A stretch of DNA of 64,000 bases from Candidatus Poribacteria bacterium (GTDB lineage: Bacteria > Poribacteria > WGA-4E > PCPOR2b), in the NCBI GenBank assembly GCA_965208675.1, contig OZ242351.1, positions 1,312,001 to 1,376,000 on the forward strand, read 5' to 3'. The position numbers were made by a program, and so were the translations under genes. Each line of letters starts with the position of its first letter. Position 1 is the first letter of the stretch. Positions 1 through 9,072 of this stretch are shown piece by piece. The notes beneath the pieces are model-generated. The model was given only the letters and a program-made list of their open reading frames with translations. It was not told the origin of the DNA and made no database searches.

Positions 1-65
1 AGACTCTGAGCGTGGAAAGTCCGTCAATTGGAATTAAACCTTTTGGACTTAGGCCGCCGCAGAAT

Positions 66-1307
66 TTACGTCCCAACCCATCGCTCCCGCAATACCGAAA
101 TACGTTGGAGCACCGGCGGGTGACTGTAGTTTAGGAATACAGCAAAGGGGTGGGGCGTGAGGTTTCCGAGGTTGGCGACCGATAAATGCTTCAGTGCTAA
201 AATCAAGGGTTCAGCCGAACCGGTCGTCTCGGCCGCAAACGTATCGGCTTCATACTCGTGCTTGCGGGACATGGCGTTCATGGCGACAGATAGCACCAAT
301 TCAATCGGTGAATATAGGATAGAAAAAAACACAAGACCCGCATAGACAGAAACCGATTCCATGCGAAATGCATCAAACAGCCCGCGGTTTTCCACAAACA
401 GAGACAGAAGAAATAGCAGGATTCCCGTATGAATAATGGACAATATCATGCCCTTCAGGACATGCCTTCTCTTGTAATGGCCGACCTCATGGGCAATGAT
501 GGCGACCATCTCCTCAACAGAATGCTTATCCATCAGCGTGTCAAATAGTGCAATCCGCTTCTTGAGAAAACCGCTAAAATAGGCGCTCGAGTGCGCTGAA
601 CGCTTGGACCCATCCATCACACAAATCTCTTTGAGTGCAAATCCCACCTTATCGGCGTAATGCTGAATACCGCTTTTCAAATCACCTTCATCCAAGGGAG
701 TAAACTTGTTGAACAGCGGCGCAATGACTGTTGTGAACAGCGGTTGAGCGGCAATAATGAAAAACGATACAAATGCCCAGGTATACAGCCACGCATAAGC
801 GCCCGCAATTTCAAAGAAGAACAAAATCCCTCCCAGTAAAATCGAACCCAAAATAATTACCAAACCGTAGCTCTTCACTTTATCCAGCACAAACATCTTT
901 GCGGTCATCTTATTGAACCCAAATCGTTCTTCTATGACAAAATTGTGATAGAGAACGAACGGAATTGAGATGATGTCTTGGACAAAATACAGTAAACCAA
1001 AGAATGCAAGACCGGTGAAAATTGGGTTAAATTCAAGTCCACGCACAAATTGATCCACCAGATTGAATCCACCCAGCACAATAAAGGCGGCAATCAACAC
1101 CACATCGAAGCTGGAAGAAAAATACGCAAATTTCGCCTTCGCCTTTGTGTACTCCTGCGACTGGCTGTATTTTTCCTCGTCATAAAATCCGCTAAATTCA
1201 CCTGGCAACGTCTTATCCAGTGAATTGAGGTTTAGGTAGCGTGCTGTGCTGCGGAGCACAAACTCCCCAAATAGTGCGGTGAGAATAATCGCTAGGTATA
1301 GATTCAT
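66..1307 (-). CDS. M48A family zinc metalloprotease (Ste24/CAAX prenyl protease-like)
   Basis: Multi-TM protein with HEVGH zinc motif, DGSKRS.HS.AYF.G..K.KRI.LFDTL block, SRKHEYEAD and YSHPPVLQRI C-terminal motifs. Confidence 0.95.
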   Translation of the reverse strand: MNLYLAIILTALFGEFVLRSTARYLNLNSLDKTLPGEFSGFYDEEKYSQSQEYTKAKAKFAYFSSSFDVVLIAAFIVLGGFNLVDQFVRGLEFNPIFTGLAFFGLLYFVQDIISIPFVLYHNFVIEERFGFNKMTAKMFVLDKVKSYGLVIILGSILLGGILFFFEIAGAYAWLYTWAFVSFFIIAAQPLFTTVIAPLFNKFTPLDEGDLKSGIQHYADKVGFALKEICVMDGSKRSAHSSAYFSGFLKKRIALFDTLMDKHSVEEMVAIIAHEVGHYKRRHVLKGMILSIIHTGILLFLLSLFVENRGLFDAFRMESVSVYAGLVFFSILYSPIELVLSVAMNAMSRKHEYEADTFAAETTGSAEPLILALKHLSVANLGNLTPHPFAVFLNYSHPPVLQRISVLRERWVGT

Positions 1308-1417
1308 AAAACCGGCCCGTTTCTACCCATTTCGTCCAATAAAGGTCGTCTATATACCACAATTCAATGCCATCAGTTTAGCAGATAGGCAGCGCGGGAA
1401 TCAACATCTTTTTGCAA

Positions 1418-1446
1418 TTGTCTTTTAACCCTTGCCGTGATATACT
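1418..1446 (+). promoter_or_regulatory. Putative sigma70 promoter for the EF-G paralog
   Basis: TTGTCT-17nt-TATACT with extended -10 TGn, about 55 nt upstream of ATG 1502. Confidence 0.5.
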
Positions 1447-1501
1447 TCCTTTGAAAGTAGAAAATTTGGACAATGCATAACCAATCAAATGAGAACCTCA
1501 T

Positions 1502-3580
1502 ATGGCACGGGAATACGCGATCGAACGCGTGCGTAATATCGGTATCATGGCGCACATCGACGCCGGCAAAACCACCACCACAGAACGTATTTTATTCTAC
1601 ACGGGCAAGAAACACAAGATTGGCAAAGTAGATGACGGCACGGCTGAGATGGATTGGATGGTGCAGGAACGCGAACACGGCATTACCATCACGGCTGCAG
1701 CCACAACTTGTTTGTGGCATAATCACGCAATTCATCTGATTGACACCCCAGGCCATGTTGATTTCACTGTCGAGGTCGAGCGCTCTCTCCGCGTGCTCGA
1801 CGGCGCCATCGCACTTTTCTGTGCCGTTGGCGGTGTTGAACCCCAGTCCGAAACAGTTTGGCATCAGGCAGATCGGTACCGTATTCCTCGCATCGCCTTT
1901 ATAAACAAGATGGATCGGGTCGGCGCAAATTTTTGCCGTGTCATAAAGATGATGGAAGAAGTGTTAAATGCTAACCCTTTGTTGATACAATTGCCAATCG
2001 GATCTGAAAGCCAGTTTTCCGGAGTAATCGATCTAATCCACATGAAAGCTATCCACTGGAACGTTGACGATCAAGGGTGGACGTTCGATTCGCAGGAGAT
2101 TCCTTCGGAACTGCAATCAGAAGCGCGTGAGGCGCGTGAGGCAATGATTGAGATTGTCGCCGGTGAGGATGATTTCTTGCTTGAGAAATACCTCGAAGGT
2201 GCTGAAATTAATGAAGCCGAGTTGCTAAACGGGATTCGCACCGGTACGCTAAATAATGCATTCTGTCCGGTTTTATGCGGAACCGCCCTAAAAAACCAAG
2301 GCGTGCAACCCTTGCTTGATGCCGTCATCCAATTTTTACCTTCGCCGCTTGATGTGCCTCCGATTGAGGGAACACACCCGAAAACAGAAAAATCGGATAC
2401 CCGCGAAGCAAAAGATAACGCCCCGTTCTCGGCTTTGGCGTTCAAAATCGCAAGCGATCCGAATGTGGACAAGATCATTTACTGCCGTATCTACTCTGGC
2501 ACGCTCAGGCGCGGTGATGTGCTCTACAACGTCGCGAAGAATACAAGAGAGCGTGTGACCCGAATTCTCGAAATGCACGCCAACAAGCAATTGGTCTGCG
2601 ATGAAATGCATGCAGGAGACATTGTCGCCCTTGTAGGCTTGAAAAAAACTACTACCGGTGACACGCTGACTCATGCCAGGCATCCGATTTTGTTGGAATC
2701 GATAACATTCCCCAATCCCGTTATCTCCGTCGCAATCGAACCCACATCCCAAAGCGATAAGGACAAACTTGAAGAGACGCTTCAAGTCTTAATGGAAGAA
2801 GATCCGACGTTCTCCGTCGCCATCGACAAAGAAACAGGGCAGAGAGTAATCTCCGGCATGGGCGAACTTCATCTGGAAATCTTGGCGGATCGGATGATTC
2901 GAGAGTTTGGCGTAAACGCTCGCGTCAGTCAGTTACAGGTTGCGTATCGTGAGACCATCGGTGCGGTTGCGGAAGCACAGGGAAAGTATATCCACAAAAC
3001 GGAAGAGGAGGGCATTTACGGGGATGTTGTGCTGCGCGTAGAGCCGCTACCCAGAAAACAAGGATTTCAGTTCGTCAATGAAAGTAGCGACCTGCAAATC
3101 CCGGTGCAATACATCCCCGCGATTGAAGGCGCGCTCAAAGGCGCAATGAACAACGGCGTTTTGGCTGGCGTCCCGATGCAAGACATCAAAGTCGCGCTCA
3201 CCGGCGGTTCATATCATGAAACCGATTCATCGGAAATTGGGTTTGAGGCTGCTGCTGTCGTCGCATTTGAAAATGCACTTAAGAAAGCACACCCGCTTTT
3301 GCTAGAGCCCATCATGAGAATGCAAGTCATTGTGTCCAGTGAGTTCATCGGAAAAGTGATTGGCGATCTCAGCGCACGGCGCGCGCAAATTAACCAAACC
3401 GAGAGCCGTGGATTGTCAGAAGTTCTCAATGCGTACGTTCCACTAGCGGAGACATTTAAATATACAACCGATTTGCGTTCGATGACGCAAGGACGCGGGA
3501 CGTTCACAATGGAGCTTGCACACTATGACGTTGTACCCGCCAATCTCCGCGACAAAATTTTAAATCGAAACTGGTTTTAA
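1502..3580 (+). CDS. fusA: Elongation factor G paralog (stand-alone, divergent)
   Basis: [17 protein letters not shown] and NKMD GTPase motifs; GMGELHL; [10 protein letters not shown]; LRSMTQGRG; not flanked by rpsL/rpsG/tuf. Confidence 0.93.
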   Translation: MAREYAIERVRNIGIMAHIDAGKTTTTERILFYTGKKHKIGKVDDGTAEMDWMVQEREHGITITAAATTCLWHNHAIHLIDTPGHVDFTVEVERSLRVLDGAIALFCAVGGVEPQSETVWHQADRYRIPRIAFINKMDRVGANFCRVIKMMEEVLNANPLLIQLPIGSESQFSGVIDLIHMKAIHWNVDDQGWTFDSQEIPSELQSEAREAREAMIEIVAGEDDFLLEKYLEGAEINEAELLNGIRTGTLNNAFCPVLCGTALKNQGVQPLLDAVIQFLPSPLDVPPIEGTHPKTEKSDTREAKDNAPFSALAFKIASDPNVDKIIYCRIYSGTLRRGDVLYNVAKNTRERVTRILEMHANKQLVCDEMHAGDIVALVGLKKTTTGDTLTHARHPILLESITFPNPVISVAIEPTSQSDKDKLEETLQVLMEEDPTFSVAIDKETGQRVISGMGELHLEILADRMIREFGVNARVSQLQVAYRETIGAVAEAQGKYIHKTEEEGIYGDVVLRVEPLPRKQGFQFVNESSDLQIPVQYIPAIEGALKGAMNNGVLAGVPMQDIKVALTGGSYHETDSSEIGFEAAAVVAFENALKKAHPLLLEPIMRMQVIVSSEFIGKVIGDLSARRAQINQTESRGLSEVLNAYVPLAETFKYTTDLRSMTQGRGTFTMELAHYDVVPANLRDKILNRNWF

Positions 3581-3604
3581 GGCCGAAAATACGGTTGAAA
3601 TCAC

Positions 3605-4741
3605 ATGTTCCAAAGGGCAATTGAATTCGCAACGATTGTGAGTTCCTTTATTGTTCAACGTATTCTCTATCGCAATGTATTGCCTGTTGACTTCAAACCC
3701 CGCCGAATCCTAGTCGTAAAGTTGGATCACTTAGGCGATATGCTGCTCGCCACGCCTGTATTCTCAAACCTACGCAGCGCCTATCCGCATGCGCAAATCC
3801 ACGCGCTCGTCGGCAGAATAGGTGTTCTAGTCTTGCAAAACCATCCCGATGTGAACAAAACCGTACGGTATGATGCCCGATTTTTCTCTCGAACGGAACG
3901 ACCGATGCAAATGAGGTATGCATTTCAATTATGCCGTAACCTGCGCCGCAATAAATACGATTTGCTAATTGACCTGCGAGGCGACTGGCTGACAGTCCTT
4001 TTCGCACTGTTAAAAGGCACGTTTTATCGCCTCGATCTCGCATCGCTGCAAACTGAAAACAAACTCGGGATTTTTGAATTCAGTGGTTCGCACCAATTGG
4101 ACCGTAACCTTGATGTCCTTCGTACCGCGCGCATTCCAACGCCACACAGGGCGCCGATATTTCAACCGTCGCTGGCTGATAAGCAGTGGACCGATGAGTT
4201 TCTTAACAGCGCGAATATAGTCAACGATCTCCCCTTGATTGCCATCCATCCCGGCTCCCCAGTTAAGCTCAAGAGCTGGCGCCCTGAACGATATGCGGCG
4301 GTTGCAGATTGGCTTGTTACAAACAAAGGCGCGCAAATACTTTTCGTCGGCGTGAAGTCTGAGGTTTCCGCCATTGCACATGTTCAGGAACACATGCAAC
4401 GGGAATCCGCCAATGCCGCAGGATCAACAAACTTATCTCAACTCGCAGGCATTCTGGGGCGTTGCAATCTGTTTATTGGGAATGACAGCGGTCCTATGCA
4501 CCTCGCCGCCGCCGTAGGCACTCAGACGATTGGCTTATACGGACCTGGCAATCCAGCGCGCTTTGGACCGGTTGGTGCGCACAGCCGCACGATTCGGCGG
4601 ATGCCAAATTGTCCACCGTGTATGGGAACTTCCTGTAAATTTGGCGGGGACGGATGTATGAAGGAGATTGAGGCAGGTGAGGTAATTCACATGGCGGAAC
4701 AACGTTTGATACCGCGCACAGACTGTAACGATGGAACATAG
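3605..4741 (+). CDS. Glycosyltransferase family 9 (heptosyltransferase-like)
   Basis: ILVVKLDHLGDMLLATP and IGNDSGPMHLAAAVG motifs; C-terminal CxPC...C...C. Confidence 0.92.
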   Translation: MFQRAIEFATIVSSFIVQRILYRNVLPVDFKPRRILVVKLDHLGDMLLATPVFSNLRSAYPHAQIHALVGRIGVLVLQNHPDVNKTVRYDARFFSRTERPMQMRYAFQLCRNLRRNKYDLLIDLRGDWLTVLFALLKGTFYRLDLASLQTENKLGIFEFSGSHQLDRNLDVLRTARIPTPHRAPIFQPSLADKQWTDEFLNSANIVNDLPLIAIHPGSPVKLKSWRPERYAAVADWLVTNKGAQILFVGVKSEVSAIAHVQEHMQRESANAAGSTNLSQLAGILGRCNLFIGNDSGPMHLAAAVGTQTIGLYGPGNPARFGPVGAHSRTIRRMPNCPPCMGTSCKFGGDGCMKEIEAGEVIHMAEQRLIPRTDCNDGT

Positions 4742-4756
4742 CCGATAAATAGCGAT

Positions 4757-5488
4757 TCATCCAGAAGCGGCGAGAAACCTTTCAATCTCTGTCTTAAGGT
4801 CTTGATTCACCGCTTCAATGCTGCGAGACGCATCAACCACTGTAAAACCAAATTCCTCGGTCATTCTGTCAAACTCTTGAATGATTCGAGTTTGATACCG
4901 CACAAAACTCTCATACACGTCTCCTGAGAGTCCAATATCCATGCCCGATTCCCAGTAGCTCATGCTGCGACCGGATTCAAATGTGCGCCGAATCAAATCC
5001 TCGACGCCAATCCTCAAGTAGATAACCAGATCCGGTATCAACGCAAAACCGTATACCTCGCGAAGCCAGATTGGATCAATGCCCCGTACGATATGACGTG
5101 CGAACGCAGTGTACATATAGCGGTCGGCAAGAACGATAAATCCGCCCTTAAGCGCCGGAATAATCACATTTTCCAGTCGATCGGCAAAATCAGCGGCATA
5201 CAAGACACTGAAAGTAATCTGGTTTAAGGTATTGCCTTTCTTGACTGAGTCAATTGCCGGGCCCAACAACGGAGAGCGCGTCCATCCGGTATTCACGACG
5301 CCGTAACCTTTCACCTCAAGCCATTTCGTCAAATTGTCACTCAACGTCGGCTTGCCTAGGCTATCGACGCCCTCAATATGTGTCGATCTGCCAACCGCGT
5401 CAGTACCTTCAATTACAATTAATCTGCCGGACAAATCGCTCACATCAAGGTAGGGCATACCATTACCGTAGAACATCCGATCTTTCAT
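4757..5488 (-). CDS. Thymidylate-kinase-like protein with degenerate, duplicated P-loop (candidate regulatory subunit of a PPK3-type enzyme)
   Basis: IEGTDAVGRST then IEGVDSLGKPT; AADFADR, ADRY and YWESGMD motifs shared with the adjacent paralog. Confidence 0.75.
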   Translation of the reverse strand: MKDRMFYGNGMPYLDVSDLSGRLIVIEGTDAVGRSTHIEGVDSLGKPTLSDNLTKWLEVKGYGVVNTGWTRSPLLGPAIDSVKKGNTLNQITFSVLYAADFADRLENVIIPALKGGFIVLADRYMYTAFARHIVRGIDPIWLREVYGFALIPDLVIYLRIGVEDLIRRTFESGRSMSYWESGMDIGLSGDVYESFVRYQTRIIQEFDRMTEEFGFTVVDASRSIEAVNQDLKTEIERFLAASG

Positions 5489-5637
5489 CTGTTTTTCCTT
5501 GCGAAGTTAGGCTCATGTCGAAGGCAACATCTGTAGCCTTGAAGCTTTGCCAAATGCCTGCTCGGCAATAGTCCAAACGCATAATACGTTATAACTCTTC
5601 AAACCAACGATTTCATGAAGAACGGGGGTGTCAAGGC

Positions 5638-6351
5638 TTACGCTTCTTTATGAAATCGTTCAAGCCCCATTGGTCGATGATGCTTATCATAGTCAATCAA
5701 TGCCTTCCGAACAACCTCACGAACAAGTTCCTGCTGTTTGTCAATTGGGCCGCTGCCGTCAATCACGGTCAATCCATATTCAGTCGCCAATCGATCGTAT
5801 TCTTTGAGGACACGGCCCTGGAAGATTTTGAAGCTGGTCGTCGAATCTTCACTTAAACCCAAGTCCATTCCCGCCTCGTAAAATTTGAGCTTTCCCCGTC
5901 CAATTCTAATCCGCTTAATGGACACATCAATTGAAACTTTAAAATAAAACGCTATGTCTGGTTTCACAGCGAAGGAATACAGATTGCGCACCCAATCTGG
6001 GTGGACCCCGCGGGAAACATCTCGCGCGAATGCTGTAAAAGCATAACGGTCAGACATTACAATCATCCCCGCTTCTAGTGGCGGAATAATCATATTTGCC
6101 AATCGATCGGCGAAATCAGTTGCGTGCATGATGCTGAATGTCGTCGGCGTTAGCAAATTTCTCTTTTTGCCTTTCCGGGTAGTCTGCTTCACGAGGGGAG
6201 AAGAATTCCATTCCGTGTAAAACACACTATAACCTTCCGACACCAACCACTTGCGCAAGAGGTCTAATTGTGTGCTCTTTCCTGAACCGTCAATTCCCTC
6301 AACCACGAACAGCCTTCCGGGATACGGATGAGGTTGTGTTAACATGTTCAT
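5638..6351 (-). CDS. Thymidylate-kinase-like protein with intact P-loop (candidate catalytic subunit of a PPK3-type enzyme)
   Basis: EGIDGSGKST P-loop, TEWNSS instead of the Tmk REPG, ATDFADR, SDRY, FYEAGMD; AGGAGG RBS. Confidence 0.8.
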   Translation of the reverse strand: MNMLTQPHPYPGRLFVVEGIDGSGKSTQLDLLRKWLVSEGYSVFYTEWNSSPLVKQTTRKGKKRNLLTPTTFSIMHATDFADRLANMIIPPLEAGMIVMSDRYAFTAFARDVSRGVHPDWVRNLYSFAVKPDIAFYFKVSIDVSIKRIRIGRGKLKFYEAGMDLGLSEDSTTSFKIFQGRVLKEYDRLATEYGLTVIDGSGPIDKQQELVREVVRKALIDYDKHHRPMGLERFHKEA

Positions 6352-6556
6352 CTTTTCCTCCTACTCTCAATCCTGGCTGAAAATAGTACTATCCAAATTG
6401 CATTGAACCATCGACCTCCTATTACCGCACTCACGAAAATTTTAATTGCTTTTCAACGAGCGAAACGGCATCAGTTTCGTTTCTGTGTCAAAGCGCATCC
6501 GACATTGGCCAAATTGATTCGTTACGCTAGCCTGCTCAGAGAAGCACAAGATAGGT

Positions 6557-6955
6557 TCAGTTATGTAGGGTACGGTCGCTAATGTGAGTTATGAGCACCT
6601 CATTGTTCTTCCGCATCTCATCTCGGATTTCTCTCATGTCTCCACGAATTTCTTCTCGGATTTCTTTCATTTCTTCGCGGGATTCTTCTCGGATTTCTTT
6701 CAAATCCTCACGCGTTTCTTTTATTTCCGCTCGCATTACTTTCATTTCTTCTCGAAAAACGCTAAATTGAGTTGCCATATCACTACGCAAATCGTCTATC
6801 CGTTTGCCGAGTGAGTTGCCGAGATCGTCTATTCGCTTGCCGCAATCATCAACCCGCTTTCCCAGCGCGTTGGTGATGTAATAGCCGATAGTACCAATGC
6901 CACCGATATAAGCAATTAACAATACGGCCAATTGCAAGGTGACATTCCAGTCCAT
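6557..6955 (-). CDS. Membrane-anchored coiled-coil protein, short paralog
   Basis: N-terminal hydrophobic helix then D/E/R/K-rich heptad/hendecad repeats; start moved to 6955 to match the paralog (MDWNV) and the GGGGG RBS. Confidence 0.8.
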   Translation of the reverse strand: MDWNVTLQLAVLLIAYIGGIGTIGYYITNALGKRVDDCGKRIDDLGNSLGKRIDDLRSDMATQFSVFREEMKVMRAEIKETREDLKEIREESREEMKEIREEIRGDMREIRDEMRKNNEVLITHISDRTLHN

Positions 6956-7035
6956 TTCCATTCCCCCTGCTTGGTGTGCCATAATATACTATCCCGCACA
7001 AAATTCCGTCCCTTTAAGAGAAGGATGTGCACGGA

Positions 7036-7608
7036 TTAGTTATGTAGCGTATGGTCGCTTATGTGAGTTATGAGCAGCTCATTATTCTTCCGTATCTCAT
7101 CTCGGATATCTCTCATGTCTCCACGGATGTCTTCTCGGATTTCTTTCATTTCTTCGCGGGATTCTTCTCGGATTTCTTTTAAATCCTCACGCGTTTCTTT
7201 TATTTCCGCTCGCATTACTTTCATTTCTTCTCGAAAAACGCTAAATTGAGTTACCATATCACTACGCAAATCGTCTATACGACTGCCGAGCGAGTCACCG
7301 AGATCCGCTGTGTGCTTGTTGCTATCGTCTATCCGTTTGCCGAGTGAGTCACCGACATCCTCAATCCGTTTGCCGAGTGAGTCACCGACATCCCTAATCC
7401 GTTTGCCGAGTGAGTCGCCGAGATCCGCTGTGTACCTGCCGCTATCGTCTACCCGATTGCCAAGTGAGACGCTGACATCCTCTATTCGCTTGCCGCAATC
7501 ATCAACCCGCTTTCCCAGCGCGTTGGTGATGTAATAGCCGATAGTACCAATTCCACCGATATAAGCAATTAACAATACGGCTAACTGCAAGGTGACATTC
7601 CAGTCCAT
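7036..7608 (-). CDS. Membrane-anchored coiled-coil protein, long paralog with expanded LGKRIEDVGDS repeats
   Basis: Near-identical N- and C-terminal parts to 6557-6955; extra 33-nt repeat units; AAGGGG RBS. Confidence 0.85.
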   Translation of the reverse strand: MDWNVTLQLAVLLIAYIGGIGTIGYYITNALGKRVDDCGKRIEDVSVSLGNRVDDSGRYTADLGDSLGKRIRDVGDSLGKRIEDVGDSLGKRIDDSNKHTADLGDSLGSRIDDLRSDMVTQFSVFREEMKVMRAEIKETREDLKEIREESREEMKEIREDIRGDMRDIRDEIRKNNELLITHISDHTLHN

Positions 7609-7673
7609 TTTGATACCCCTTTATGGTGTGCGACAAATCACCATTCTGCATATCATATTTACTTTCGGGCATA

Positions 7674-7702
7674 ATGTACCACATTCAAGATGGAATTGCA
7701 AT
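7674..7702 (-). promoter_or_regulatory. Putative sigma70 promoter for the 7036-7608 gene
   Basis: Minus strand TTGCAA-17nt-TACATT with TGn extension; limits approximate. Confidence 0.45.
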
Positions 7703-7734
7703 TACCATCAATCAGCAAATCATACAGCCTCAGC

Positions 7735-8802
7735 CTAAACGTCACGCGGCGGCGGCGTTATGTCTTCTCCTAACATCTGGCGCGCCAAAACTGCGCCGCC
7801 GATGACACCCGCATTGTCCCCGAGTTCAGCGCCTACGATTTGGACACCCTCCATCGTACTCGGCAATACGTGTTTCGCCGTCGTGCTGCGGATGCCATCC
7901 AGAAAACCGTCTCCCATCGCTTCGATAAGTCCTCCCCCCAGCACAATCATCTCGGGGTTTAAAAAATTTATGATTGAAGCAACCCCGATCCCCAGATATT
8001 TCTGAGCTCGGCGCATCACCTTCGCCGTCAACTTGTCACCGCGGCGTACTGCTTTTGCTAAGGTACTGCTGCGAATCAAACCTAAATTTCCACCGTTCAA
8101 CTTTAGCAAAACGCTCGATTTGCCATGTTTGAGTATGGCTTTCCGTAGTTGCCGCGTTATTGCTGTACGGCTCGCAACAGCTTCCAAACACCCTAAGTTT
8201 CCGCAACCGCAGCGCGGACCGTCGGATTTGACTATAATGTGTCCAACTTCACCGGCAGTATTACTTGCGCCGCGGAACAGTCTACCATCTAAAATTATCC
8301 CGCCGCCGATTCCGGTACCAACGAAAATCCCAACGAGGGATTTGACCCCAAGCCCAACCCCGGAAGCCGACTCCCCTAATGTACATAGATTGACATCGTT
8401 TTCGACGAATATCGGAATACCCATGCGTGCTTCAAGTTTTGCTTTGAGAGGTACATTCGACCAGCCGAGGTTCGGGGCAAAGATAACAACACCTGTCTCC
8501 GGATCAAGCGGTCCCGGGGCGCCAATCCCAATTGCCTGAATCTGAGTGGATTCCAGCCCCGTTCCATCAATCGCATTTCGAATGCACCGAGCAATCCGAT
8601 CAATCACTTCATGCGGGTCTTTATCTGCCTTCGTGGCGATTTTCGATCGAGATAGAATCCTTCCCGCTGCATTGACGACTGACGCCAAAATCTTTGTGCC
8701 GCCCATATCTACGCCGACGACATATTCATTGGAGGAATGAATATCCGTGAATCGTGCTCGTGTATGATTCATCTCGCTTCTCTCCCATTGCAAAAAAGGC
8801 AA
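7735..8802 (-). CDS. ROK family sugar kinase (glucokinase-like)
   Basis: GVDMGGT, ENDVN, GTGIGGG, GEVGH, CGCGNLGCLE; true start probably ATG 8772. Confidence 0.93.
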   Translation of the reverse strand: MPFLQWERSEMNHTRARFTDIHSSNEYVVGVDMGGTKILASVVNAAGRILSRSKIATKADKDPHEVIDRIARCIRNAIDGTGLESTQIQAIGIGAPGPLDPETGVVIFAPNLGWSNVPLKAKLEARMGIPIFVENDVNLCTLGESASGVGLGVKSLVGIFVGTGIGGGIILDGRLFRGASNTAGEVGHIIVKSDGPRCGCGNLGCLEAVASRTAITRQLRKAILKHGKSSVLLKLNGGNLGLIRSSTLAKAVRRGDKLTAKVMRRAQKYLGIGVASIINFLNPEMIVLGGGLIEAMGDGFLDGIRSTTAKHVLPSTMEGVQIVGAELGDNAGVIGGAVLARQMLGEDITPPPRDV

Positions 8803-8817
8803 AAGCCTGTTCCCAAT

Positions 8818-9024
8818 TCAAATGTGAAAGGAATGCGCAATTATGAAGTAAGATAAAATGCCAATAATATTGATTGAAGTCGTGACGAATGGCCCAGTTG
8901 CAATAGCGGGGTCAATCCGTATCCGCTTGAAACGAATTGGAATGACTGTTCCTATCGTGCTGGCGAGGGTCATATTGACACAGATTGACTAAGCGGCGGC
9001 AACTGTAAACCAACCCGCTTCCAT
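8818..9024 (-). pseudogene. mgtE: Remnant of the MgtE magnesium transporter C-terminus
   Basis: Hand translation gives MEAGWFTVAAA*SICVNMTLASTIGTVIPIRFKRIRIDPAIATGPFVTTSINIIGILSYFIIAHSFHI*; the IDPA...GPFVTT motif is MgtE-like; in-frame TAG at 8989-8991. Confidence 0.8.
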
Positions 9025-9072
9025 TCACCATTGAAGCGCTGTTAGTGATATCAATTTAATGAACGTTTTTAC

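Noticed and set aside
10-52. GGAAAGTCC resembling the RNase P RNA P4 motif
   Set aside because: No other rnpB features are visible and there is no room before the protease stop; AAGTCC/GGACTT fits a simple hairpin.
6557-7608. Diversity-generating retroelement template/variable repeat pair
   Set aside because: Both copies are intact ORFs, differences are mostly synonymous and not adenine-specific, and no reverse transcriptase is in the window.
8989-8991. Pyrrolysine or stop-codon recoding at the in-frame TAG of the mgtE fragment
   Set aside because: The fragment is truncated and carries other damaging changes; TAG is a normal stop elsewhere in the window (aroC, gspE, gspD).
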